This document shows positions 43,501-55,646 of a stretch of DNA of 64,000 bases, piece after piece. The position numbers and the translations under genes are program-made. The notes beneath the pieces are model-generated. The model did not search any database and had not been told where the DNA came from. It worked only from the letters and a program-made list of their open reading frames with translations. The first letter of the stretch is position 1. Each line of letters opens with the position of its first letter. Source of the DNA: Takakia lepidozioides (lineage: Eukaryota > Plantae > Bryophyta); contig CM060731.1 of the NCBI GenBank assembly GCA_030704615.1, positions 51,336,001-51,400,000 on the forward strand. Reading direction: 5' to 3'.

Positions 43501-46500
43501 TACAATCTCTTCTCTGTGTAGATCAAGCATGGGGTAGAAAGCAAGAAAAGTCTAATCTGTACATTCCCCTGTTTCTCATGGACCCTCTGGGCCTCCCATT
43601 GATGTACTAATTTCTTCTCTATTTCTTCTCTCAGTGGCTCTTGGTATTAGCATCAGCCTAAAATACATACCATAACGAGTAAGGTGTAAGATGGTAGAAT
43701 AACATCAAATCCCCTTCTTTTGGTGAATAATTGGGCGCCTGTATCTCAAACCTCTCTAGCTAGTAAAGGAAATGGTTTGGTGTATGCATGGCACAGGTTC
43801 CGAAGGTATACGTGCCAGTGAGGCAATGAGCGTCAACTTATCTCTCACCTGTCTAGGTACGCTCGCCTTCCTCTACATTTTTTGGGGAAAACTGCTACTT
43901 TGTTGCATTGGAGAATAGAGGTAAAAGACTTCGTTTGGTAGTTGACACTATCCAGGCTATCAAGTCTGGGTGGATATCTGCTATTCATCTCAACCACTTA
44001 CTGCAACATTGAAGATTGTGTATTTTTGTGGGTATGTATATGAGAGAAAAAGAAGGACACATTCTGTCATAGGCTCAGAGGGCTTATGGGACAATCAAGA
44101 GAAATGAGAATGGTACTATAGAGAGAAAGAAACAAGAAAGAGAGAAGGGCCCTCCACAAGCAGCCCAAACATAACTGCTATTCAAGGGATTGTGTAAGAA
44201 TCAATGCCTCATGCAGGTAAGGTGCCAAGCATTATATGATGTAACTTCCATGGGAAGCTCAAAGAGCTGTGGGACAAAGAAACAAGGACAAAAGTGGGGC
44301 CCTAAAAAAACCGCTTAATCAAATCTGTTGGATGATTTGGCAGGCAAATGTATAAGTGCCAGAGCAGATCCAAACATGACGCATGTGCCTTTCCGTGACT
44401 CTAAGCTCACTAGACTTCTGCAAGAATCTCTTGGAGGTAACTATTTGTTCTTTCACTCTCCTCCCTGCTGTTCAAGTTTTCATTCTCTGTGCTGGGATGC
44501 CAATAAAACCCCCCATTGATAGGCAACCAGAAAAGATACCACCTTTGGGGCAATGACTTCATGGGGGTGGGTGATAACTAGGATAAAATAGGAGGGTAAG
44601 AATTCTCAAATGGGTTGGGCAACTGAAAACTTGAAACACGCACACACACACGCACACAGAGAAAGAAAGCAATCAAAAGAAATGAAGTGAAAGCTATGCC
44701 TCTTGCTCCCCTTTCCTAAGTGAAGGTCACAACATTACCATTACTACCAATATCCTCTCCCAGAATACAAGGAGAAGACAGAGATAGGGATTGGTGGCTG
44801 AGCTGTTTACATGTGGGCTGAGCAGGGAATGCAAAGACATCATTGGTGATCAATATAGCCCCCTGCAGTGAGTATTTGCAGGAGTCTCTTTCATCTCTCC
44901 ATTTTGGTTCACGGGTGAACTCTCTCATCCTTAGCTGCCGTGCTTTTCAAAGTGGTTTTCTGGCGTTTATTGAAACCTTCATAGAACTACATGCCGAATC
45001 CAATTGTTACCATTTCAGATTAGAGTTGGAGGATGGGAATTATGAGTTGACGAGTGGTCTCCAGAAGTTGTGGAAACTGACTATCATGTTTGGATGCATG
45101 ATTATGAAATCTACCCAAAAGGGAGGGTTACTCGTGAATCTAGCCATGGCCCCTGACCAGAGATTCCATGTTTACAGAAAGAAGAACAGCTTGCAATGTC
45201 CACAGAGGCCCAAATGGCCTGTGGATGAAAGGACACAGTAGAACAATCATAGGACTTCGTTTGCTGTACCCTTGTGGCCAACAGACACCAAAGAATAAGT
45301 TTGAGCACTCCAACAACTCAGCTGAGAATCTTATGGCATGGACAGGCAATGAAGGTGGCAACTCGGGCCATTATAAATGTGGAAGAGGAGTTTCGAGTTC
45401 TTACAAGGAATCTACAGGAAACACTTGACTTGCAGGATGAGAAATTGCAATCTCTTGAGGTATTGACTTACTCGTGTGCCTCATTCTGCTTTCTTTTGTT
45501 ATCTCTATTCTTGAACATTCTCTTAAAGTCTAATTTCTCTCCTTGTGCTCTGAAAATTCAGGTTGTGGTCAGTGAACTGCCAATGAACTGCCTTCTAGGG
45601 CATAATATGGGTTGTTCATGCAGATATGAAGAATATGAAAGAGTGCTTGGCTTACAGTAATGACCAGTAATTTTGGGAGGGACTGAGGGATGTGTGTAGG
45701 CATCAGTACTGTCGAAGGATGAACAGTTGTTGCAAGCGAGGCAAAGTTTGGCAGAGAAGGCGAGGCAGGTGGAGCTACTGCGAGAAGAACAAAACAAATT
45801 CAATGAGAAATTCATGGAGCAACTTCGGGTCAAGGACGAGAGCTGGAAAAACAGGTCCACTTGCATCTATTCCTGTACAACACATCAATCGACACTGGAG
45901 CTGTGATCAGGCCTCTGTGGTTCAGTCTGTTGACCCATATGGGCCATCCTGTTTGTGACTAAGCACTAAGCACCCAATCTGAAATTTTGGACATCTGTTT
46001 GATGTCAAGAGTCTGTGCATAGACTAGAACTTTTACTAGACTGAAATGTTATAATGTGCAGACTGGAGAATGTAAGAAACACGGCAACCGACAGTCATCA
46101 GAAGGTTTGTACACCACTTCTCAAGCTAATGAAGGAAGGAGGACAAAGGTCCTGTAGAAATCAGGTGGGGTGTAAGGAAGCATGCATGATGAAGACTAAC
46201 ATACTGGCAGATGAACTACATCAGCCAGCATCTTCCACTCTGCATTCACCGGTCAGGCAACGGTGCGGGCAGGATGGACCTCCCAACTGCACCTATAGCC
46301 ACCTTTGGAAGCTGTGCAGGAGGTTTCAGCAAGGAGTATGCCCATTCCTTCATACATTCATTTCAACTGGGCAACTGTGAAGTTGTGAACTGTGGAACAT
46401 TCTGATTCCTGAATGTTTGACCTACTAAAGATCAGTGAGGTGGTTGAGTGTTTCTAGAAAGACTAGTGATGCTCATCCACATTGGTTCCCACAGAACAGG

Positions 46501-49500
46501 TGGTTTTGAAGGGTTCAATCACCATTGTAGTCAACCTGTTAGATGCTAACAACCTGTAGGTGGTTTGCATAACGTTCTAATGGAGTATAGAGGATAGAGT
46601 ACTTGCAAGCGGAGCTGATGAGGCTGAAGGAGGGAGATCACTATGGCAATGGACCTGGGCCCCTTCGTGTGTTGAGTAGTGGGCTTGCCAAGGTGCATTT
46701 TCTATCCATTATACTAACTTATTGGACAGTAGTACCCTATTTCCTCCTCATTCCTCCTGGAATGAGATGACATAGCAGAGGATGGTGAAGATGAATAACA
46801 TGTCTGGCGGCTAGCGTCATTCACAGCCCTTATGTTGACCTCAACTGCAATTCTCGAATTGCAAGCTATAGTCCAACACCCTAACCCTTCCCTCCAGTTT
46901 CTTGCGGATCAGGGCCTTAGCTGGGCCTTAGCTGATCCACTGGGGTGATGGCCGCAGTAGATATAAGGGTTACTGGGTGTGTTGCAGTAAAAAAAGTTGT
47001 TGGTTTCATCAAAGTTGGCATTTGGGTATATATACATATATATAACGCCAGCCGGAACTAGCGCAAATACATAAGAGCCTCTTCCCCTTGCAGATACTGC
47101 CCCCTTTTCGGGGTGGTCTCTATCGGCACCAAAACCAGTCACATAGTGGCTAGCTGGCCACTTTCAATCTTACGCTTATTGAGGATTAGGGCTGTGAGCA
47201 ATGTAATAGGTGTAAAGTGCATGGTGCGTAGGAGAGGAGTGGTATGCTTGGGCAGTAGTTTGAGGTTTTTCTAGAAACTGTGAACATTATGGCTATGTGT
47301 GCCTCCTTGACACCTATGGTGATAATAGTCGAGGGGGCCGTGTTCTATCCATGCTGACGAAGGCCAGTATGAGGGGTTCATATTTGTCACATTTATATGC
47401 AATCGAATGGTCTGGGTACCTGTCGTGACAAAATGTGAACTCGACAAAATGGATAGTGAGGGAGGGGAGTGGATCTGTTGGCAATGATCACAAGATAGAG
47501 AGCCCATGGGTAAGTAGGATATTCGGAGCAAGGGTGGATGAGGCATGTGCACTGCAAGAGTCGTAGTCCGGTGGTCTTCCTTGAAATGTTCTCTACATTG
47601 ATGAGGTTGAACCATCTGGACTTAGGGTGTGATAGTAGAAGTTTTTAGGAGTTGTCTGACTCCTTGATTATGTCGGGTTACACAGAATCCATAGATTATA
47701 GGGTGGTTGCAGTGGAGAAGAAAGTGCGGCCATTTATCTGTTTGGGGGGTTGGACATGGCATAGCGTACAATGTTTGTTACGGTAAATAAAGGTCAGAAT
47801 AAGTTTCTTTGGTTATTTGAAATTGTAGTGTCTGTCTAATTTGGGCATCAGTTACCATAGGGGATGTCCAAAAATGGTTGGACATAATATGGAGACATAC
47901 TTGGATGTACAGGCATTTGTGTAGGTGCGGGACCTGTATTAGTTCTTTGGTTTCTCCTACAATGCATGTATGTAGGTCTCGTATGGGGAATGAGATTAGC
48001 CAAAACGGGTGTATCATACGGCTACGCGACGTTGTGCCGTGGACAAGCACAATTTGTATTGGCAGGCGGGGCGGATCTGAGACCTTTTACGGCTGATGAG
48101 CCTTATTTATCCTCCATGTGTGCAGGCCTTCAGCCACTAGCCCACATTGGCCAAGCAAGCGTGAATTATGGTGTCTCTTGACACCCAAGGGCTATTGCCT
48201 TCCTAGGTGTGTGTGGACAGTAGGCCCACTCGGAAAAGGGACAGTGGTAGTCGCAAGGGGAGGACTTAAGGTAAGAACTTAATGCACTCCTGCCATCTGA
48301 CGGCACTTTTGCCGGATTCCGGCAGCCTGGGCTCTTCCACCGGGGCCCTTGTCAATTCCTCCCACCTCCTCTTACCTTCGGTCCACAATTAAATACTTAA
48401 GAATCCAAGAGGGTGTCCTGCTATGGTGGATAGCCTGTTGGTAAGGTGATTGCAATGTACGCAGCGAGATTTCGGGTCGATTCTTGATGGGAGGCTATTG
48501 TAGTGTAACCCCCCCCTTAACCCCGATGTCTTGTGTACCTCTTCTTAGTCCATTTTATACTTAGTCAAATTTCGAGACCAAGTGTGAGTTGCACCGAGTG
48601 GAGCTATACTCCATTCTGTGTAACCCCGAGTGGAGTTACACACCCCCCATCGTGTAACCCAGTGTAATCCGAAGTGGAGTTACACTACCCACCTTGTAAC
48701 CCAATGTAACCCCAAGTGGAGTTACACTCCCCACCATGTAACCCAGTGTAACCCCGATTGGAGTTTACACTCCTTTAGTTCCATGTCACTCTCAAGAGAG
48801 GGTGGGGAAGATGTGACATGCCGAAAATCGGTGTACCATCATGTCAGAGGTTGCACGTGTGCATTAAGTTCTTACCTCATTTCTAGGAGAAAAGTTCTTA
48901 TCTCATTTCTAGTATTCTCCGTTGCAAGGCGAAGGGGCTCTTAATTACGCCGGCTTTTGGTCAAAGTCCAACATGCAGTTTGAATCCACAACCAATAGTG
49001 AAGAGGTGTAAGCCCTTACCACTGGCTAAATGTTGGTTGTCGTTTGGGTGATATGCGGTTTGCGCCATAAGCTTCTTCTACATAAGCATCAAGCAGTCAT
49101 TGGGTCACAAGACTGCCTTACAAATGGTCCTGTGTTCAAAGCCACATAAACCCAGCTACAAAATGGAGGGAGCTGGTCAGGATATCTTTAGACTTTCGAG
49201 TCATTGAGAGAGGTTGCAATAGTTTCGTCCCAATTATGGCTGTCCACCTTCCAAAGGGAAGGCAGTAGTCCTTTGGGGTCGGAAGGAAGTGACACCATAA
49301 CTTATACATCCTTCGGGTAAGAGTGTCTTCCTCTTTTTTCCACGAAAGTTTTTTTATTAAGAGGATCACACATGCATTGCAGCATATTTATTCAAGGCTC
49401 TCCTCTTTGGAGAAGGACTTGAACTTGAATCATAGTTTTGTGCTTGTAGTGGTAGGCTGTTGGGGTTATGGTTTTATTTTTATTTTTAAAGTAAAGGGAG

Positions 49501-50762
49501 TGGTCACCCTAAACTCTATAATCAGGGGAACTACAGTTGTCCCAAGAGTACAATGAGGAAAAACCTCTGTAAGGGTGTCTTTTTCTATTTTCCTTTAAGC
49601 TCTTTCAGCTCCCAGTGGCCGTAATAATGTCCCATCTTTCTTGTTTTCCCTCGTGGTACTTCTAGTCATCTGTGGGTCTTTTGGAACTCCTGTGGACATA
49701 GCACATTTTTTTCCTAAGTAATTCTATGGTTCCCTTTTGGTCCTTTTAGGCCTTTCGCGAAGACATCATGAGTTTTTCAATTCTTTCCCTTCACATTGAA
49801 GATAACTGCAGTGAGCAATAGGAGTCCATAATCTAATCTAGCTGTATAGCTCAGGTGTGATGTATTCTTCTTCCACTCAACTTCTGCGTGAGCTTATTAC
49901 TCCGCCCATTTTAATGGACTCCTATTGCCGCGGCTGATTAGCCCCCTCCTCCATTCTAAACATGGAGTAATTACACCACCTACTGCTACTGAAAACAAAC
50001 CTATAGTACAGGGGTAATAAGAGGCTTTATGAGCTCCTTGGTCTCCTCACCAACAGAGTGAATGTCAGCGGTTGTGAAATTTCAGATCCTGCATATTTAT
50101 TGGGCCATACGCGATTTGGAACAACAGTTGGTCATTTCCTTTGTCTGACTCTTTATAGCTGGTGTGCAGGATTTTGCAGCCCGAATCATTCAAAGAGCGT
50201 ACAGACGGCGCTATCTTGACAAGCTCCACAGGGTTTGCACCTTCACATTTCCCCCTCTGCTTGCTTCTAAAGCACTGTTCTTGCATGAATTCATTCTCCC
50301 TTTTTTCGGAGAAGGGGAATCCACCCTCCACATGCAAGAAGGGGACCCCAAAAAGAAACAATTCAAAGGCCTGTGCCTAGTACCCCTCAACAGGGGTAAA
50401 TTGTTTGTCTTCTGAATATGGTAGGAAATTAATCTTTGACCCAGCTATACGGAAAGCCAGCTACAAAGTACTGCCAATGTTCCAGCAGTTTGAGTTGATA
50501 TAGAGCAGCAGATATGCAGGCAGGCATGCATGTTCTGAAGCATGACTTCACTGTACAGCACCTGGGTTTCAAATATGTAATTTTAAAGCAACTGCAAGCC
50601 GGAGATTGTGAGATACAAAAAACTGTGGTCCAGGAGAAGCGGAAGCTGGAAGTAGTGGCTGGGTACCAGCTGATGGCAAACTCAGCATCTTGTGTGTTCA
50701 ACAGGATGAAAGTGCTGGATGATTTCTTCACAAAGAGGAGATTGCAGAGTGTAATTCACTGA
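37518..50762 (+). CDS. ARK-like kinesin motor (no armadillo repeats seen) with coiled coil and C-terminal IQ motif
   Basis: About 18 exons with [65 protein letters not shown] and IQ-like [12 protein letters not shown] (50170-50232). The termini are less certain. Confidence 0.88.
38994..39115 (+). mobile_element. Older 3' fragment of the tail-less LINE in a kinesin intron
   Basis: Diverged copy of ~43382-43505; degenerate TSD attcaattcttgtcaaa / attctattcatgtcaaa. Confidence 0.8.
41340..41830 (+). repeat. Old dispersed intronic repeat, probably the 3' end of another LINE
   Basis: The block tcccataagct..tgagctttcc..ggac.ttata and/or the YLHEAL-coding block recurs at ~39570-39960, ~44040-44310 (inverted), ~49560-49760 and ~58130-58340. 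Confidence 0.6.
42285..43505 (+). mobile_element. 5'-truncated LINE (RT thumb and CCHC finger), no poly(A), in a kinesin intron
   Basis: [30 protein letters not shown] and [17 protein letters not shown]; 13-bp TSD tctcttctctgtg at 42272-42284 and 43506-43518; two frameshifts. Confidence 0.93.
47140..48060 (-). mobile_element. Non-LTR retrotransposon remnant with a restriction-like endonuclease (Dualen/R2-type C-terminus)
   Basis: [32 protein letters not shown] (CCHC plus RHN), [36 protein letters not shown] and LILNKRKIE, read across frameshifts. Confidence 0.75.
48425..48500 (+). mobile_element. Degenerate tRNA-like SINE head
   Basis: Box A-like TAGCCTGTTGG and box B-like GGGTCGATTC at tRNA-like spacing. 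Confidence 0.45.
48618..48773. repeat. 42-44-bp minisatellite (~4 units) with an internal inverted repeat
   Basis: Unit GTGTAACCCCGAGTGGAGTTACAC..CCAC..TGTAACCCA. Confidence 0.9.
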
Positions 50763-51369
50763 CCACTTCACTTTTAGATGAAGAATTGAGTTAGGATCAG
50801 AGATGAGTTGATCATGATGTGCAAGGGGTACCTAAATTTGTAAAGGCAAATGAGAAGAACGTCATACTTTCGGGTGAAAACTTTTGTTCTTTTTCGAAGT
50901 CAGATAGCCTGATGCTATTTTCATCAGGAATATAAAGGGCAAAGCCGAAATAAGTACAAGCACCTTCCGTTCAATCCACATCTGTGCTCTGCTTGAAAAC
51001 TTACATGCTATCAAAATTCTACAAGCGGAGCTGACATATGACTCCGCTTACTTCTCTGACTGGATCACCTGCCCAGGAAAATCCCAACGGAATCTGATCT
51101 AACCACCTTGTTGCTCAAGGCTGATCAATATTTTAGAAAGAAGCAGTCACTTAGGTGGCAGTAGGGGGAGTTCACCCATTACTTTAATGCGCTGGGTTGC
51201 ATATCAATAAGGAAGGTCCAAATTGTTGCCTTCAACACCACAAACATTCCTTTCAACTTAAATCTTTCCTCGGTCATTGCCCTGCACACAACCAGGAGTG
51301 ATGACTGCCGGCAAAATACTGGTGGGCTGAGTTCGTTCTCAAATATTTGGATTTGTCCCCATTGGGTAA

Positions 51370-51662
51370 GAGTACAGAAGCCTCCTGTGCCCTGCTCACA
51401 CCCCATGCATGTCATTTCTGTGGTAAACACAGGGCTATAAAACTAAAATCAATAACCCTGCAACCACTGACCAGACTGTCAAGTTTGCATGTGGACAAGT
51501 GCCTCTGTGAGTGCCTTAATGGCAGTTGCGGGAAAATAAGTTTATACCTGCAGCTGAGTTACAGGGATAAGCTAAACCATGGTGACGCAAACCCCACAAA
51601 AGGCTCCGGGGTGGTTAGTTTTCTGTGGGGTCAATGGCCGTAAGGCTATGGCGAGCCAATGT
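51370..51662 (+). mobile_element. Diverged relative of the tail-less LINE 3' end
   Basis: ggggtcaatggccgtaaggctatggc resembles ggggtcaatggccacaaggctacggc of the young family. Confidence 0.5.
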
Positions 51663-51749
51663 TCACAGGGAGCGGCATGAATACATTCTTTCCTCAGCCA
51701 GATGGCTTCCACTCTCACATTTGAAGCAACAAGCTCTTTTCATACATGT

Positions 51750-52321
51750 ACTCCCACCAGAACAAATCATTTTGGAGGTGGTAAAGTGGTGCTTGACATC
51801 CCTTGGAACAACTGCTGCCCATAATCTTTGAGATGAACTTGGTGGTGTGGCAGTTACCACAGAAATAAGGTTCTCACGAATAGACCTCCCAGGGGCATGC
51901 TGATGAGTCGCAAAGCAAGGGCTAGCTTCACAGTGCGGTGGAAAGGAGGAAATTAGCTGCGCTTGTCCTCCAAATCATGCAATACAAAGCCAGTGTCAGG
52001 CACATACCCAGCATCCTTCACCTGCTCAGACAATCTCTCAGACTTCCAACTCCTTGGAAATGTAGGGAAGGTCTACTATTAGGTGTCGATGCTAGTTCCA
52101 CGTGAAACTTTAATAGAATGGTTTTCTTCAATCTATGGCTGAAATTTGTGTTCCACAATGGAGGTATGCAGTATGCACCCAGTTGTCCACACCAATGCAG
52201 CTGCATGGCGCGACCATTCTGACACCTGTCCTCCATCAGTTTTCTTGCCTTCTGGCTTTTTTGTCCCACAATAGGTCGCAGCTTATATGTTCGATTGCAG
52301 CATGTAAGCCACACCCTGCTG
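51750..52321 (-). pseudogene. Decayed E2/DYW domain of the PPR gene
   Basis: Remnants AYMLQSNI*AA, CSCIGVDNWVHT, MKDAGYVPDTGFVLHDLE, HRTVKLALA and CGNCHTTKFISKI, with stops and frameshifts. Confidence 0.85.
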
Positions 52322-55300
52322 TTAATCAGTCTCGAGGATTCTTTTAGCCACACGCTCTGCTCGCTGCACATCGTCATGATTTCTGCAGGCACCAAGCAAG
52401 GCCCCCCACAGGGAAGCATCTGGCTTGATTGACAATTTGCTAATGAAGTCCTCTGCCTCATCCAATCGCCCTGCACGGCCAAGGAGGTCCACCATGCAGC
52501 CAAAATGCTCCACCGTAGGAGTGAGGCCATGATCTTGGCTCATGGAATTAAAGTAGTGACGGCCTTCATCCACTAGGCCCACATGACTACATGCAGAGAG
52601 AAGACCTACAAAGGTGATACCATCGGGCTTCAAGCCTTCCTGTTGCATTTGTTCAAACAATTGGATGGCCTCCGGAGCACACCCATGCTGAGCATACCCT
52701 GCTATCATTGCACTCCATGAGACCACATCTCGTTGATCCATGTTGTTGAACACGTGACGTGCTTCCTTCATGCTTCCGCATTTGGCATACATTTCAACGA
52801 GGGCGGTATCCAGGATGACATCTGGCTGAATTCCAGCTTTGACGATATCACTATGGACCTCTTTTCCCTTGTCCAGGGCTGACAGGCTGGCACACGCACA
52901 GAGAACACAAATGAAGGTGACCTTATCAGGCATCAACCCTTCTCGTTGCATTCGTGCATAGATCTCCAAAGCCTCACTACCAAACCCATGCTGAGCATAT
53001 CCTGTTATGATCGCACTCCACGAGACCACATCTTGTTGAGCCATACAGTCAAACACTTGACGCGCATCCTTCATGCTTCCACATTTGGCATACATTTCGA
53101 CAAGGGCAGTCTCCAGCACAAGATCTGGCACAATTTTGGCTTGGATGATGTCAGCATGGACCTCTTTGCCCTTTTCCAGGTCCCCCAGGCTCGCACACGC
53201 ATTCAGAACACAAATAAATGTGACCCTATCAGGCATCACCCCTCTCCGTTGCATTTCCACATAGGTCTCAAAAGCCTCCCCAGCGCACCCATCCTGAGCA
53301 TATCCTGCTATCATTGCACTCCAAGTAACCACATCTTGTTGAGCCATGCTACGAAACACTTGACGCGCATCCTTCATGCTTCTGCATTTCGCATACATGT
53401 CAGCAAGGGCAGTATCCAGAATGATGTCTCCTGTAATTCCAGCTTTGATGATGTCAGCATGGACCTCTTTGCCCTTTTCCAGGGCTCCTAGGCTGGCACA
53501 TGAATTGAGAATGCAAATGAATGTGACCTTGTCGGGCATCATCCCTTCCTGTTTCATTTGCTCATACATCCCAAAAGCCTCCTTAGAACAGCCATGTTGA
53601 CCATATCCTGCGATCATGACATTCCATGAGACCACATCTCGTGTTGCAATATTGTTGAACACTTGGCGTGCATCGTTTACACTGCCACATTTTGCATACA
53701 TGTCCACAAGGGTGTTCTCTAAAATGATATCTGGCACAATTCCACTTTTGCTGATGTCTGCATGGACTCTTTTGCCCCTTTCCACAGATCCTAGGCTGGC
53801 ACAAGCATTTAGAACGCAAGTGAAAGTGACCATGTTAGGCATCACCCCCTCCTGTATCATTTTCTCATAGATCTCAAAAGCGTCCATACCACATCCATGC
53901 TTGTTATATCCTGCCATCATTATAGTACATGTGAACACATCTCGTTCTGGCATTTTGTCAAACACTTGGCGGGCATCCACCACCTTCCCACACTTGGTGT
54001 ACATGTTGACAAGGGTGTTGAGTAGAAAGTTGTTTGGCTTGAATCCAGTTTGGATGATGTGAGCATGCACTTGCTTTCCCGATCCCAAGTCTTTAAACTT
54101 GATGCACTCCTGCAGGAGAGAGACATAAGTATTGGAGTCTGCCGAAATGCCTTGTTGGTGCAAAATATGCAGTGCCTCTTTTACTTTTCCTGCCTTACAG
54201 AGTGTCCTCACATTCCCACATATACCAGACGAGGTTTCATTGACCGTTTCTCTTGGTCCCCTTTCAAAAGAAGGGATCATCGTGGAGGTGCTTGATTCAA
54301 ATGACTCTGCCACATTCATCCTGCATAACTCCAAACTCCTAGTTACAACTTTACACTAAATCTTCATAATCTATTGGAATCTTGTAGATACTTCTTAAAG
54401 AGGACAGGCTCCTTAGTCAAATCAACTGGGTGACAAAACTTCTGTAGCCATCCACTCAGGAAACAAACTGCACCAGTTCTACTTATTTGACTTGGAACCG
54501 TATATCATTGTCAGAATGTTACCTATTGTACTGTCGGTGTGGAACTCCATGCTGTGCATGAAGACTGAAACCACCACCAGATTGTGGTTGACCTTCTATC
54601 ACAGCAGCTAGCTTTGCTTTCACCCAAGGCGGGTTTGACCAACCCTCAATCCAAAGGACCTCCTTTGTGTGCTTGTGCCTGAAGTCTGGTGACCTTGGAC
54701 CTTTCTGTGTGACACCAGTGGGCAGCTAAGCAGCAGCTTCACAGATTTGCAGAAACCAGGATTCTCCACCAAAACTCCAAGCATTGATCAAATGTTGAAC
54801 AACTCCTAGCAACAATTAGAACAATTTTGCTTCTTTTTGCCCTTTAAGAGCCAAATTTTGACATCTATGCTACTGGAGATGTATGAGTCCACCAGCATCA
54901 TCATACCAGTTGCTCCGGCAAGGTCGTAAATGAAAATAACTTCACCTTATCAAACCTGTTGTCCCACCACTGTGAAGGATCCAAAAAGAACTCCTGCCAG
55001 AGCTGTTCTGTGTTCAATGCCTGACCTGCATGCAGAAAGTGCAAGAATATGAGAGGTTTGACCGGAGCCTCCATAGAGGTGTGATAGTAGTGTAATGAAC
55101 ATAGGTCTTTAGCACCTCTTGGCCTGTATTGTAATAGTTTTGGCTTCCCATTAAGTAACCTCTCTCTCGGTCTTCCGGTGATGCTTGATGTACTCTGAAG
55201 TAGTTCATGATTTGCTCTACCTTGTCCTATGGGCCCTCCTGGACTAATTTAAAGTCTCTCTCTCAAATATAACATTTTTTCTTTTACAGTCTTCTCTCCC

Positions 55301-55646
55301 ACAAAATCCAGCGAGATTATCTATTTACGGACATCCAATCCACCCCAGCCACATCCGTCACATCATCTGCATTGAGAAACTACACGCCTCCAAGGAAATT
55401 CTTCCAGGAGTCGCAGAAATTTTCGTGTTCCCAAAATTACGTACCTTTCTTGGCTACCATTTCAGACTGGGGAAGCATAGCTCGCAAGGGTCGGGGATCC
55501 AGCATGCCCAAGCTGGTCAGCTCTACAGTCTGGCCGGCTACTCTGCTGCATGATGCGAGGCGTCCCGGCCATCCACCGTAAGGAAAAGCCCTCGCCCACA
55601 TGGCCTCTCCCTGCGCACTCCGCAGAAGCGGCGGAGCCGCTGCCAT
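52322..55646 (-). CDS. PDF-motif / PLS-PPR fusion protein (~820 aa): leader, OSB-type PDF motif, 17 PLS repeats, truncated E1
   Basis: Exons 55646-55445, 55025-54946, 54704-54523 and 54320-52322 are joined by GT-AG introns in phases 1, 0 and 2 with no stops. The PPR exon is unambiguous; the splice model is inferred. Confidence 0.85.

Noticed and set aside
48618-48773. CRISPR-like palindromic repeats
   Set aside because: The intervening sequences are conserved rather than unique spacers, the context is a eukaryotic intron, and there are no cas genes.
54320-54334. PPR start at TTG 54334 as given in the ORF track
   Set aside because: It lies inside the predicted intron; a CAG acceptor at 54323-54321 joins the upstream exons in frame.
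52946-54359. Plus-strand ORFs overlapping the PPR gene (also 2206-2838)
   Set aside because: Antisense shadows of repetitive PPR coding sequence.
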